NCBI GenBank assembly: GCA_012798795.1
Contig: JAAZMN010000129.1
Coordinates: forward strand, 1 to 41,332
DNA length: 41,332 nucleotides
Source: Bacillota bacterium
Lineage (GTDB): Bacteria; Bacillota; Limnochordia; Darwinibacteriales; DTU012
Direction: 5' to 3'
In this document: positions 9,758-17,602 of the stretch, in pieces
Position numbering within the stretch: the stretch's first letter is position 1
How the letters are laid out: each line of letters opens with the position of its first letter
The notes under the pieces: model-generated
Database searches by the model: none
Seen by the model: the letters and a program-made list of their open reading frames with translations, nothing else
What the model was told of the DNA's origin: nothing
Program-made: the position numbers and the translations under genes

Positions 9758-9970
9758 ATGTGGACAGTAGTCTATATTGCTCCAAATAGGGTTGTAGCAG
9801 ATATGATTAAAGAATTACTGCATAATGAAGGTTTATTAGTAATGCTGCGTCCAATAGGTGCGCCGCATCTAGGTGCTTCGGGGAGTGTAGAAATATTGGT
9901 TCCTAACTTAGAAGCCGAAGAAGCACACGATATTATTTCCGGTTCTATCAATAATTCTCCTCAAAGCTAG
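9758..9970 (+). CDS. Small DUF2007-like (putative signal-transducing, GlnB-like fold) protein
   Basis: 70 aa with strong SD AAGGAGG upstream. The pattern VVYIAPNRVVADMIKELLHNEGL...EILVPNLEAEEAHDII resembles DUF2007 proteins. Confidence 0.55.
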   Translation: MWTVVYIAPNRVVADMIKELLHNEGLLVMLRPIGAPHLGASGSVEILVPNLEAEEAHDIISGSINNSPQS

Positions 9971-10000
9971 CCAAAAGGTTGGTTTTAAGAAGGTGATTTT

Positions 10001-10858
10001 ATGCTAAGTGTTTTTAGAAGCAAACCTAAGTTTGCTACAGTTAGGCCTAAAGCAGCGAAAAGCATAAATGGCAAAAGCAGGGATTTGTCAGACAATTTAT
10101 GGACTCGGTGTGAAAATTGTTCTGCTCTGATATACAATAAAGAATTAAGTAAAAACATGTATGTGTGTCACAAGTGTGGATTTCATTTCCGGATTTCTGC
10201 TGTGCAAAGACTGAAGTACGTAGTTGACGAGGATTCCTTTCGTTCAGTTAAACCACTGGTTTCAAAAAATCCTTTGAATTTTCCTGAATATCCTGAAAAG
10301 ATTGTTCAGTGTCAGGCTGATACGAAACTTGATGATGCAATACTTATTGGTGAAGCCAGAATTAATGGTAATGCAGCTGTTGTAGGAATTATTGATTTTT
10401 CTTTCATTGGCGGCAGCATGGGCAGTGTTGTGGGTGAACAGATTACCCGCGGTTTTGAAAGAGGGGTTGTCAGGAATCTGCCGGTTATTATTATTTCAGG
10501 TGGCGGTGGTGGAGCGAGAATGCAGGAGGGCATTTTCAGCTTGATGCAGATGGCTAAAACTGCACAAGCTGTTGGAAAGTTCAGGCAGAGTGGACTTTTG
10601 TATATATCGGTATTGACTCATCCAACCATGGGCGGTATTTATGCTAGTTTTGCATCACTAGGGGATATTATTCTTGCAGAACCGCAAGCCTTAATCGGAT
10701 TTGCCGGGCCTCGAATTGTATCAGAGACAACTCGTCAGAAATTGCCGAAAGATTTTCAGACATCGGAATATGCTCTGCAAAATGGTATGATAGATACAAT
10801 AGTTACACGAGTGGAAATGAAAGACCTGCTTGGAAAACTGTTAAGCTTTCATCTATGA
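10001..10858 (+). CDS. accD: Acetyl-CoA carboxylase carboxyltransferase beta subunit
   Basis: N-terminal zinc ribbon CENCSALIY...CHKCGFHFR. Carboxyltransferase core GGSMGSVVGE, GGGGARMQEG. Confidence 0.95.
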   Translation: MLSVFRSKPKFATVRPKAAKSINGKSRDLSDNLWTRCENCSALIYNKELSKNMYVCHKCGFHFRISAVQRLKYVVDEDSFRSVKPLVSKNPLNFPEYPEKIVQCQADTKLDDAILIGEARINGNAAVVGIIDFSFIGGSMGSVVGEQITRGFERGVVRNLPVIIISGGGGGARMQEGIFSLMQMAKTAQAVGKFRQSGLLYISVLTHPTMGGIYASFASLGDIILAEPQALIGFAGPRIVSETTRQKLPKDFQTSEYALQNGMIDTIVTRVEMKDLLGKLLSFHL

Positions 10859-10868
10859 GGTGAATTAA

Positions 10869-11894
10869 ATGAGAACAGTATTTGAATGGGAACAACCTCT
10901 AGTTGAGCTGGAAGAAAAAATTCAAGAATTACGTAATTGTATTTATGATCAAGAGGTAGATTTCAGTGAAGAATTAACTGAATTAGAACGGAAAGCCGAT
11001 AAGTTGAGAAAAAGTATATATGAACGCTTAACTCCATGGCAGCGAGTAAGAATGGCCCGTCACCCGGATCGTCCAACAACTTTGGATTACATTGAACTTG
11101 TGTTCGATGATTTTATTGAGCTGCACGGAGATCGGACTTTTGGTGATGACAAAGCTGTTGTTGGAGGAATTGCGATTTTTGATCAAGAACCTGTCACTGT
11201 TATTGGTCCGCAAAAAGGTAAGGATACTAAAGAGAATATTGCCCGTAATTTCGGTTTGCCGCACCCAGAAGGTTACCGGAAAGCACTGCGGTTAATGAAA
11301 CAGGCAGAACACTTTCGGCGTCCAATTATTACTTTAATTGATGTGGTTGGAGCTTATCCCGGTATTGAAGCCGAACAGCGCGGTCAAGGATTAGTTATTG
11401 CCGAATGTATCGAACAAATGTCATTTCTTAAAGTTCCGATAATATGTGTGATAACCGGCGAAGGTGGAAGTGGCGGCGCGCTGGCCATTGGAGTGGGAGA
11501 TCGGATTTTAATGTTAGAGCATGCTTGGTACTCTGTTATTTCGCCGGAAATGTGTGCTAATATATTATGGAAAGATGTAGAGAGGGCTTCTGAGGCCGCT
11601 GAGTTATTAAAGTTAACTCCTACTGATCTGTTAAAATTTGAGATAATTGATGATATAATAACTGAGCCATTAGGGGGAGCACATAGAGACTATGAAGGTA
11701 TAGGTAGACAAGTGAAGGCATTTTTACGACGTTATTTATCGGAGATTCGAAAGATTTCGGTAGATCAATTAGTTGAGCAGAGATTAAAGAGGTTTCGTAA
11801 AATAGGACAATTTCAAGAAAAACAGTTAGTGGAACCAAAACATGTTAAATTAAATTCAGAAGTTGATGATGAAAGCGGTGGTAATAATGAGTAG
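10869..11894 (+). CDS. accA: Acetyl-CoA carboxylase carboxyltransferase alpha subunit
   Basis: LTPWQRVRMARHPDRPTTLDYI, GAYPGIEAEQRGQG, ITGEGGSGGALA. Directly follows accD. Confidence 0.95.
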   Translation: MRTVFEWEQPLVELEEKIQELRNCIYDQEVDFSEELTELERKADKLRKSIYERLTPWQRVRMARHPDRPTTLDYIELVFDDFIELHGDRTFGDDKAVVGGIAIFDQEPVTVIGPQKGKDTKENIARNFGLPHPEGYRKALRLMKQAEHFRRPIITLIDVVGAYPGIEAEQRGQGLVIAECIEQMSFLKVPIICVITGEGGSGGALAIGVGDRILMLEHAWYSVISPEMCANILWKDVERASEAAELLKLTPTDLLKFEIIDDIITEPLGGAHRDYEGIGRQVKAFLRRYLSEIRKISVDQLVEQRLKRFRKIGQFQEKQLVEPKHVKLNSEVDDESGGNNE

Positions 11895-12876
11895 ACGTAT
11901 TGGAGTCCTTACTAGTGGGGGAGATGCCCCGGGGATGAATGCGGCAATAAGAACAGTAGTAAGAACTGCTTTAAGCTTTAAAATGGAACCATTTGGAATT
12001 TATCGGGGTTATCACGGACTAATTAATGATGAGATCGAAAAATTAGTAAGCTCTTCTGTTTCCGGGATTATTCAACGCGGTGGTACTGTATTGAAAAGTG
12101 CCCGCTCGCAGGAATTTATGACAAAGCAGGGACTTGAGATGGCTGTCAATAATCTTAAGAAACATAAAATTGACTCAGTAGTGATAATTGGAGGCGATGG
12201 TTCTTTTCGGGGGGCATTATCTTTAATGAAGCATGGTATCAAGATAATCGGGATTCCTGCTACCATTGATAATGATATTCCCTGTACTGATTTTTCAATT
12301 GGGTTTGATACGGCTGTAAATACAGTGATGGATGCAGTTAATAAAATACGTGATACCGCCAGTTCACACGAACGAATTTATGTGGTAGAAGTAATGGGTC
12401 GTCATTCTGGTAATATCGCACTTTATTCCGGATTGGCGGTAGGAGCTGACTCGATTCTCATCCCTGAAGTCCCGTTTGAATTGGATCAGGTTTGTGAAAA
12501 AATACGGTTGGCTTATGAAGCTGGGAAGAATCACAATATTGTAGTAGTGGCAGAAGGAATAAGTTTGCCTTCAGATGATATACGCAATGTATCTTTTGGT
12601 GTTGGCAAATACATTGAAGAGCATACGGGTTACGAAACAAGAATTGTAATACTCGGTCATATTCAAAGGGGAGGTTCTCCTACTGTTAATGATCGTTTGT
12701 TGGCAAGCCGTTTGGCTTATCATGCGGTAAGTTTGATTCATCAGGGTAAATCAGGCAAAATGGTAGGAGAAGTCGATAAATTGATTAAGTCATGGGATTT
12801 ACAATATGCTTTGGCACAAGAACATACAATAAATATGGAGTACTATCGTTTAGCCAGCATATTATCATCTTTATAA
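11887..12876 (+). CDS. pfkA: ATP-dependent 6-phosphofructokinase
   Basis: MSRRIGVLTSGGDAPGMNAAIR, GGDGS, TIDNDI, MGRHSG. The ATG at 11887 overlaps the accA stop by 8 nt. The 11863 ORF-track start is an upstream extension. Confidence 0.93.
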   Translation: MSRRIGVLTSGGDAPGMNAAIRTVVRTALSFKMEPFGIYRGYHGLINDEIEKLVSSSVSGIIQRGGTVLKSARSQEFMTKQGLEMAVNNLKKHKIDSVVIIGGDGSFRGALSLMKHGIKIIGIPATIDNDIPCTDFSIGFDTAVNTVMDAVNKIRDTASSHERIYVVEVMGRHSGNIALYSGLAVGADSILIPEVPFELDQVCEKIRLAYEAGKNHNIVVVAEGISLPSDDIRNVSFGVGKYIEEHTGYETRIVILGHIQRGGSPTVNDRLLASRLAYHAVSLIHQGKSGKMVGEVDKLIKSWDLQYALAQEHTINMEYYRLASILSSL

Positions 12877-12899
12877 AATATTTATTTGGGAGTGGCGAA

Positions 12900-14312
12900 A
12901 TGATTCGTAAAACAAAGATTGTCTGTACAATAGGGCCTGCAAGTGATGGTCTGTTAGAGCAGTTAATAAATAGCGGAATGAATGTAGCTAGAATTAACAT
13001 GTCTCACGGTTCAATTAAAGAACATCTGCAGAGAATTAAAAACATACGTTCGGCCGCAGAAAAATGCACCAAAGATATAGGAATCTTACTGGATATTCAA
13101 GGCCCGAAGATTAGACTTGGTGAGGTTAAACCTGATCCTCTCATGGTTAATTCAGGTGAACAAATAGTTTTAACAATCAGTCCGTGTATAGGTAATGAGC
13201 AGAAGATTTATGTTAATTACCCAGATTTAATTAATGATGTTAAACCACAAGATGTAATTTATATAGACGACGGTTTAATAGAATTGAAAGTGGTTAAAAT
13301 CGATGGAGATGATGTTTACTGTAAAGTAGCCGTAGGTGGTCGATTAGGTTCGCGTAAAGGGGTAACTCTTCCCGGTATTGATGTGAAACTGCCGCCGCTG
13401 ACTGATGAGGATATTAAACATATTGAATTTGGAATTGCAAACGGTATTGATTTTGTGGCTGCGTCATTTGTGCGGAAAGCGAGTCATGTATTATTGGTAA
13501 AAGATATTATTAAAGACTTAAACTCGGATACTCCCGTCATCGCCAAAATCGAAAATGCGGAAGGTATTCGCAATATAGATGAAATAATCGCTGTCGCTGA
13601 CGGGGTTATGGTTGCTCGTGGAGATTTAGGGGTTGAGATTCCTCCCGAGGAGATACCGTTAGCACAAAAATTAATCATTAAAAAATGTAATGAACGAGGT
13701 ATTCCGGTTATTACGGCTACGCAGATGCTGGATTCTATGATGCGTAATCCTCGGGCTACCAGGGCTGAAATAACGGATGTTGCCAATGCAATTTTTGACG
13801 GTACCGATGCAGTCATGCTGTCGGGCGAGACTGCGATAGGAAAATATCCGATTAAGGCTGTGGAGTTAATGAACAAGATTGCAGTAAGAATAGAAGAATC
13901 CTTCGATTATATGGCAAGATTTGAAGTCGGACGCAAAAATAGGCGTCAAAGCATTGCTGACGCCATTTCTTTGGCAACATGCCAAACTGCACATGATCTT
14001 AATGTAAAAGCTATTTTATGTATTACTCAATCAGGAGCTACTGCCAGGGCGATTGCTAAATATCGGCCAGAAGCCCCGATTATTGCGGTATGCCCTCATC
14101 AGTCAGTTGTTAATAGGTTAATGCTTTCATGGGGTGTAAATCCTATTGTAGCTAGGCGACCGGAAAATACTGAACATCTAATAAATGCAGCAGTTGATGC
14201 TGTTAAGAATTTAAAATTAGTTAAGACCGGTGAAACAGTGGCTATTACTGCAGGTGTAAGAACAGGAATTCCCGGCAGCACAAACCTATTATTGGTTTCT
14301 GAAATAGAGTAA
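12900..14312 (+). CDS. pyk: Pyruvate kinase
   Basis: MIRKTKIVCTIGPAS start (ATG 12900, SD GGGAGTGG). NMSHG, MVARGDLGVEIP and MLSGETA motifs. The ORF-track start at 12792 overlaps pfkA and is rejected. Confidence 0.93.
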   Translation: MIRKTKIVCTIGPASDGLLEQLINSGMNVARINMSHGSIKEHLQRIKNIRSAAEKCTKDIGILLDIQGPKIRLGEVKPDPLMVNSGEQIVLTISPCIGNEQKIYVNYPDLINDVKPQDVIYIDDGLIELKVVKIDGDDVYCKVAVGGRLGSRKGVTLPGIDVKLPPLTDEDIKHIEFGIANGIDFVAASFVRKASHVLLVKDIIKDLNSDTPVIAKIENAEGIRNIDEIIAVADGVMVARGDLGVEIPPEEIPLAQKLIIKKCNERGIPVITATQMLDSMMRNPRATRAEITDVANAIFDGTDAVMLSGETAIGKYPIKAVELMNKIAVRIEESFDYMARFEVGRKNRRQSIADAISLATCQTAHDLNVKAILCITQSGATARAIAKYRPEAPIIAVCPHQSVVNRLMLSWGVNPIVARRPENTEHLINAAVDAVKNLKLVKTGETVAITAGVRTGIPGSTNLLLVSEIE

Positions 14313-14318
14313 ACTCTA

Positions 14319-14849
14319 TCAGCTGTTTTGTTCGGATTCCGGATATATTACATATACGGAAGAGTCAAATGTTTTATTGGAAACAACATGGAGGTTGCCA
14401 TCGTCATCTCGGATTTTAGTCTTTTTAATGTCTAGACTGGTCACTGTACCGCTAATATTATTTACTTTAACCTTAGCACCGACTGTAAAATCGTGGTCGG
14501 CAATTAAAAATATACCTGCCAATAGATCTTGAATCATGCTGTTTGCATTGGAAGCAACTCCGACTAAGAGCAATGCGATACTGCCGGAGAATGCCACGCT
14601 TATCTGTGGAAGACCCATAACTGCGAATATTATCGCGACTAAAAACACCCAGCAGGCAAAAGTAATGAAGCCTTTGACAAAGCCAATCAATGCTTCATCT
14701 AAATGAAATTTCTTCATAATTCTGGTAACCATGCGATTGAGAAAATCAATTAAAACACTTCCTAGACCTAAGATAATAAGTGCTGATGGAAGTTTAGGAA
14801 GATATGTCATGATGTTTGTGTAAATTTCGTTAATCAGTTCATTATCCAA
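14319..14849 (-). CDS. Small mechanosensitive (MscS-family) channel-like membrane protein
   Basis: TM helices are followed by FTVGAKVKVNNISGTVTSLDIKKTKIRDDDGNLHVVSN, an MscS beta-domain pattern. Preferred start is the TTG at 14849 preceded by GGAGAGAG. The ORF-track ATG at 14939 has no SD. Confidence 0.65.
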   Translation of the reverse strand: MDNELINEIYTNIMTYLPKLPSALIILGLGSVLIDFLNRMVTRIMKKFHLDEALIGFVKGFITFACWVFLVAIIFAVMGLPQISVAFSGSIALLLVGVASNANSMIQDLLAGIFLIADHDFTVGAKVKVNNISGTVTSLDIKKTKIRDDDGNLHVVSNKTFDSSVYVIYPESEQNS

Positions 14850-14964
14850 TGGTATAACTCTCTCCGTTTCTAAAATGTCCTGTTTTATTATCAGGTTTAT
14901 TTTTCGGCACCATGAACTTAAAATCCTGCAAAAGTACATTTAAAAGAAAGGAAATATCACATAT

Positions 14965-16698
14965 ATGCAGCATTTAAAACTCTTTATTTCTTATTATAAA
15001 ACTGAGAAGCGTCTATTTTTCATTGATATGGCATGTGCCAGTGTAATAGCAATCATGGATTTAGCTTTTCCTATTATTACAAGAAGGTTTATGAAAGATT
15101 TTATTCCCAACCAAAACATGAGAGCGGTTGTTCTTTGGGTTGGTATTTTAGTTATGCTTTACATTTGTCGCTTAGTCTGTCAATATATCGTAGATTATTG
15201 GGGACATTGTGTAGGCGTAAATATGGAATATCATATGAGAAACGACTTGTTTACTCATTTACAGACTCTTGATTTTGAGTTTTTTGATAACACAAAAGTA
15301 GGTCATTTAATGTCACGAATTGTTAATGACTTGCGCGACATTTCTGAACTGGCCCATCATGGTCCTGAAGACATTTTTATTGCTACATTGATGTTAATCG
15401 GCTCGTTTGCTTATTTAATGACAATTAATGTAGCATTGACTTTATGTGTGTTCGCATTTATTCCTTTGATTTTTTGGTATGCTTTTTCAAAACGAACAGC
15501 AATGAGCAAAGCTTTTACACAGGAAAGATTGAGAATTGCCGATGTAAATGCTGATGTAGAAAACAGTCTATCCGGTATTAGAGTGGCAAAAAGCTTTGTA
15601 AATGAGGACTATGAAAAAGGGCGCTTCGATCATGCTAATACAGAATTTAAAAAATCACGGGCCAAAGCCTTTAGGGCAATGGCAGTATACTCATCAGGTT
15701 TAAACTTTTTAACAAATTTGTTAAATGTAATGGTGTTGGGTACTGGTGCTTGGTTTATGTATTTAGGTCATATTGATTTGGCGGATCTTACTGCTTACTT
15801 AATGTTTGTCAACTATTTCTTACAGCCAATTCGCCGTTTAATCAATTTTACTCAGCAGTATCAACAAGGTATGACTGGCTTTAAACGTTTTGCTGAAATA
15901 CTGGAAATCAAACCAAGCATAGTAGATGCACCGGATGCCATTGAATTAGAGAAAGTTAAAGGCAGCATCAAAATAGAGGATGTTTCATTTCACTATAATT
16001 CTACAGAAGAGGTGCTGGAAGATATTAACCTATCCATTCCGGCAGGCTGGACAGTTGCCTTTGTAGGGCCTTCGGGTGGTGGGAAAACTACTTTATGTCA
16101 TTTAATACCTCGATTTTATGATGTAAGTGAGGGTAGAATTTTTATAGATGATACTGATATACGCAGTATTAAACTGGCTTCTCTAAGAAGCCACATAGGT
16201 TTGGTGCAGCAGGACGTATTTTTATTTACTGGTACAATTAGAGAGAACATTCTTTATGGTAATCCGTCTGCTTCGGAACCAGCGATGATTGAAGCAGCAA
16301 AGAAGGCGCAGATTCACGATTTTATTACCTCTTTGCCGGATCAATATGACACCTATGTTGGTGAAAGAGGGATTAAACTGTCCGGCGGACAAAAACAGCG
16401 AATATCGATTGCAAGGGTGTTTTTAAAGAATCCTCCGATTCTTATTTTAGATGAAGCTACTTCTTCATTAGATACTGCTACAGAGAAAGAAATTCAAGAA
16501 GCACTGGTAGAACTAGCGCAAAATCGCACAACTTTGATTATTGCTCATAGACTTTCTACTATTAAACACGCAGATAATATCGTTGTATTAACTGATGGTA
16601 AGATTCAAGAACAGGGTACGCATGAAGAACTACTTAAATATGGCGGTATCTACAGCAGTTTGCATTCCACAGAAAGCACAACCCCAGCTGTATCTTAA
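14965..16698 (+). CDS. ABC exporter, fused permease/ATPase (MsbA/multidrug type)
   Basis: 577 aa. Six-TM N-terminal domain. Walker A GPSGGGKTT, signature LSGGQKQR, Walker B ILILDEATS. Confidence 0.9.
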   Translation: MQHLKLFISYYKTEKRLFFIDMACASVIAIMDLAFPIITRRFMKDFIPNQNMRAVVLWVGILVMLYICRLVCQYIVDYWGHCVGVNMEYHMRNDLFTHLQTLDFEFFDNTKVGHLMSRIVNDLRDISELAHHGPEDIFIATLMLIGSFAYLMTINVALTLCVFAFIPLIFWYAFSKRTAMSKAFTQERLRIADVNADVENSLSGIRVAKSFVNEDYEKGRFDHANTEFKKSRAKAFRAMAVYSSGLNFLTNLLNVMVLGTGAWFMYLGHIDLADLTAYLMFVNYFLQPIRRLINFTQQYQQGMTGFKRFAEILEIKPSIVDAPDAIELEKVKGSIKIEDVSFHYNSTEEVLEDINLSIPAGWTVAFVGPSGGGKTTLCHLIPRFYDVSEGRIFIDDTDIRSIKLASLRSHIGLVQQDVFLFTGTIRENILYGNPSASEPAMIEAAKKAQIHDFITSLPDQYDTYVGERGIKLSGGQKQRISIARVFLKNPPILILDEATSSLDTATEKEIQEALVELAQNRTTLIIAHRLSTIKHADNIVVLTDGKIQEQGTHEELLKYGGIYSSLHSTESTTPAVS

Positions 16699-16713
16699 AG
16701 TATAAATAAAAAA

Positions 16714-16741
16714 GTCCTTTTCCGTTTAATCGGAAAAGGGC
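16714..16741. terminator. Hairpin terminator between the ABC exporter and tRNA-Leu (T-tract on the minus-strand side)
   Basis: GTCCTTTTCCG / CGGAAAAGGGC stem of about 11 bp with a 6-nt loop. A-run upstream on the plus strand (a T-run for the minus-strand tRNA transcript). Confidence 0.6.
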
Positions 16742-16767
16742 TGTATTAAACAACTATATAGAATTCA

Positions 16768-16853
16768 TGGTGCCGAAGGAGGGAGTCGAACCCTCATGGG
16801 GCTAGCCCACACGATTTTGAGTCGTGCGTGTCTACCAATTCCACCACTTCGGC
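16768..16853 (-). tRNA. tRNA-Leu (anticodon CAA), class II with long variable arm, CCA encoded
   Basis: Hand-folded cloverleaf. Acceptor GCCGAAG/CTTCGGC. D-arm GTGG..ACAC. Anticodon stem CACGA/TCGTG with loop CTCAAAA. Long variable arm. T-arm GAGGG-TTCGACT-CCCTC. Discriminator A plus CCA. Confidence 0.93.
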
Positions 16854-16885
16854 AGTTTTATACGGACAAATGTTATTTTATCATG

Positions 16886-16915
16886 ATTATAGTATTTATG
16901 CAACGGTTTTTTTAA
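16886..16915 (-). promoter_or_regulatory. Candidate sigma-A promoter for tRNA-Leu
   Basis: On the minus strand TTAAAA-N18-TATAAT. The -10 ends about 32 nt before the mature tRNA 5' end. Confidence 0.3.
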
Positions 16916-16950
16916 AAACTCCTTGTCTAGGTACCAATAGAGCAATTTCC

Positions 16951-16979
16951 TTGACATCAGCTTACATTAAACATAAAAT
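16951..16979 (+). promoter_or_regulatory. Sigma-A promoter of the Fur-family regulator gene
   Basis: Perfect -35 TTGACA (16951..16956), 17-nt spacer, -10 TAAAAT (16974..16979). Confidence 0.6.
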
Positions 16980-16981
16980 AT

Positions 16982-17000
16982 AATAAATAATGTATTTATT
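16982..17000 (+). promoter_or_regulatory. AT-rich inverted repeat, candidate Fur/PerR-type operator (autoregulation)
   Basis: AATAAATAA-T-GTATTTATT is a 9-1-9 inverted repeat with one mismatch. It lies immediately downstream of the -10 element. Confidence 0.35.
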
Positions 17001-17030
17001 TATTTATAAATCATTTAAGGGGCGAGTTGT

Positions 17031-17447
17031 TTGGAAAATAAGGGTTTTATACGCAAAACAAAACAACGTAAAGCTATTCTCTCTGTACTTAGATCTACTA
17101 AAATTCATCCGACTGCGGACTGGATATACGAAGAAGTACGCAAAGAAGTACCTAATGTCAGTCTTGGGACTATTTACCGAAACTTAAAAATACTGACAGA
17201 GATGGGTGAAGTAATGGAACTATCATATGGGAGTACATACAGTCGTTTTGATGGCAATCCCGATAATCATTACCATTTTGTATGTGAGGAATGTGGTAGT
17301 ATTTTTGATATAGACATAGATATTGCCGAAAAATTTGAGACGAAAGTTGAAAATAAATTGGGTGTTAAGGTTACAGATCATAGAATGGAATTTTATGGTT
17401 TGTGTACGGAATGTCTTAAGTCAAAGCAGGAGTCGGCGGCAAAATAG
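17031..17447 (+). CDS. Fur-family metalloregulator (PerR/Fur/Zur-like)
   Basis: 138 aa. Winged-helix N-terminus (KTKQRKAILSVL..HPTADWIYEEV..VSLGTIYRNLKIL). HYHFVCEECG and CTEC cysteine pairs. TTG start after AAGGGG. Confidence 0.85.
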   Translation: MENKGFIRKTKQRKAILSVLRSTKIHPTADWIYEEVRKEVPNVSLGTIYRNLKILTEMGEVMELSYGSTYSRFDGNPDNHYHFVCEECGSIFDIDIDIAEKFETKVENKLGVKVTDHRMEFYGLCTECLKSKQESAAK

Positions 17448-17482
17448 TCAGCAAACTGAAGGTTAGCATATTTATTTGAGAC

Positions 17483-17518
17483 CCTAGGTTGTCATTTCAT
17501 GATAATCTAGGATTTTTT
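17483..17518 (+). terminator. Rho-independent terminator of the Fur-family gene
   Basis: CCTAGGTTGTCAT / ATGATAATCTAGG 13-bp stem (two G-U pairs), 3-nt loop, followed by ATTTTTT. Confidence 0.7.
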
Positions 17519-17531
17519 AACTGGACTTTGT

Positions 17532-17580
17532 TTTCTATATATAGTACATTAAAAACATAGGATAACAAAATGTAGTGTTT
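17532..17580 (+). promoter_or_regulatory. Two candidate NrdR boxes upstream of nrdJ
   Basis: Box 1 (17532..17547) tttCTATATATAGtac matches the palindromic NrdR core CwAtATaTwG. Box 2 (17565..17580) acaAAATGTAGTGttt matches about 12/16 of acaCwAtATaTwGtgt. The centres are 33 bp apart. Box 1 overlaps a possible TTAACT-N17-TATAGT promoter. Confidence 0.45.
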
Positions 17581-17602
17581 TTGGAATGGAGTGGATGATT
17601 AA

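Noticed and set aside
12792-12899. Long 5' extensions in the ORF track (pyk from 12792; likewise pfkA from 11863, polA from 22622, oppF from 29927, ireB from 4844)
   Set aside because: The extensions overlap the upstream gene or lack an SD. Internal ATGs with proper SD spacing give N-termini matching the family consensus.
13484-13876. 130-aa minus-strand ORF
   Set aside because: It lies entirely antisense within pyruvate kinase, has low-complexity Ser/Ile/Ala-rich composition and no SD. It is a shadow ORF of a strongly supported gene.
16990-17187. 65-aa ORF overlapping the start of the Fur-family gene in another frame
   Set aside because: It begins within the promoter/operator region and has no SD. 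The overlapping frame encodes a clear Fur-family winged helix.
17448-17602. Possible cobalamin riboswitch upstream of the B12-dependent RNR
   Set aside because: After subtracting the fur terminator, only about 85 nt remain, and I could not find a B12-box-like element. B12 riboswitches usually repress B12-independent isozymes rather than nrdJ. NrdR boxes explain the region better.
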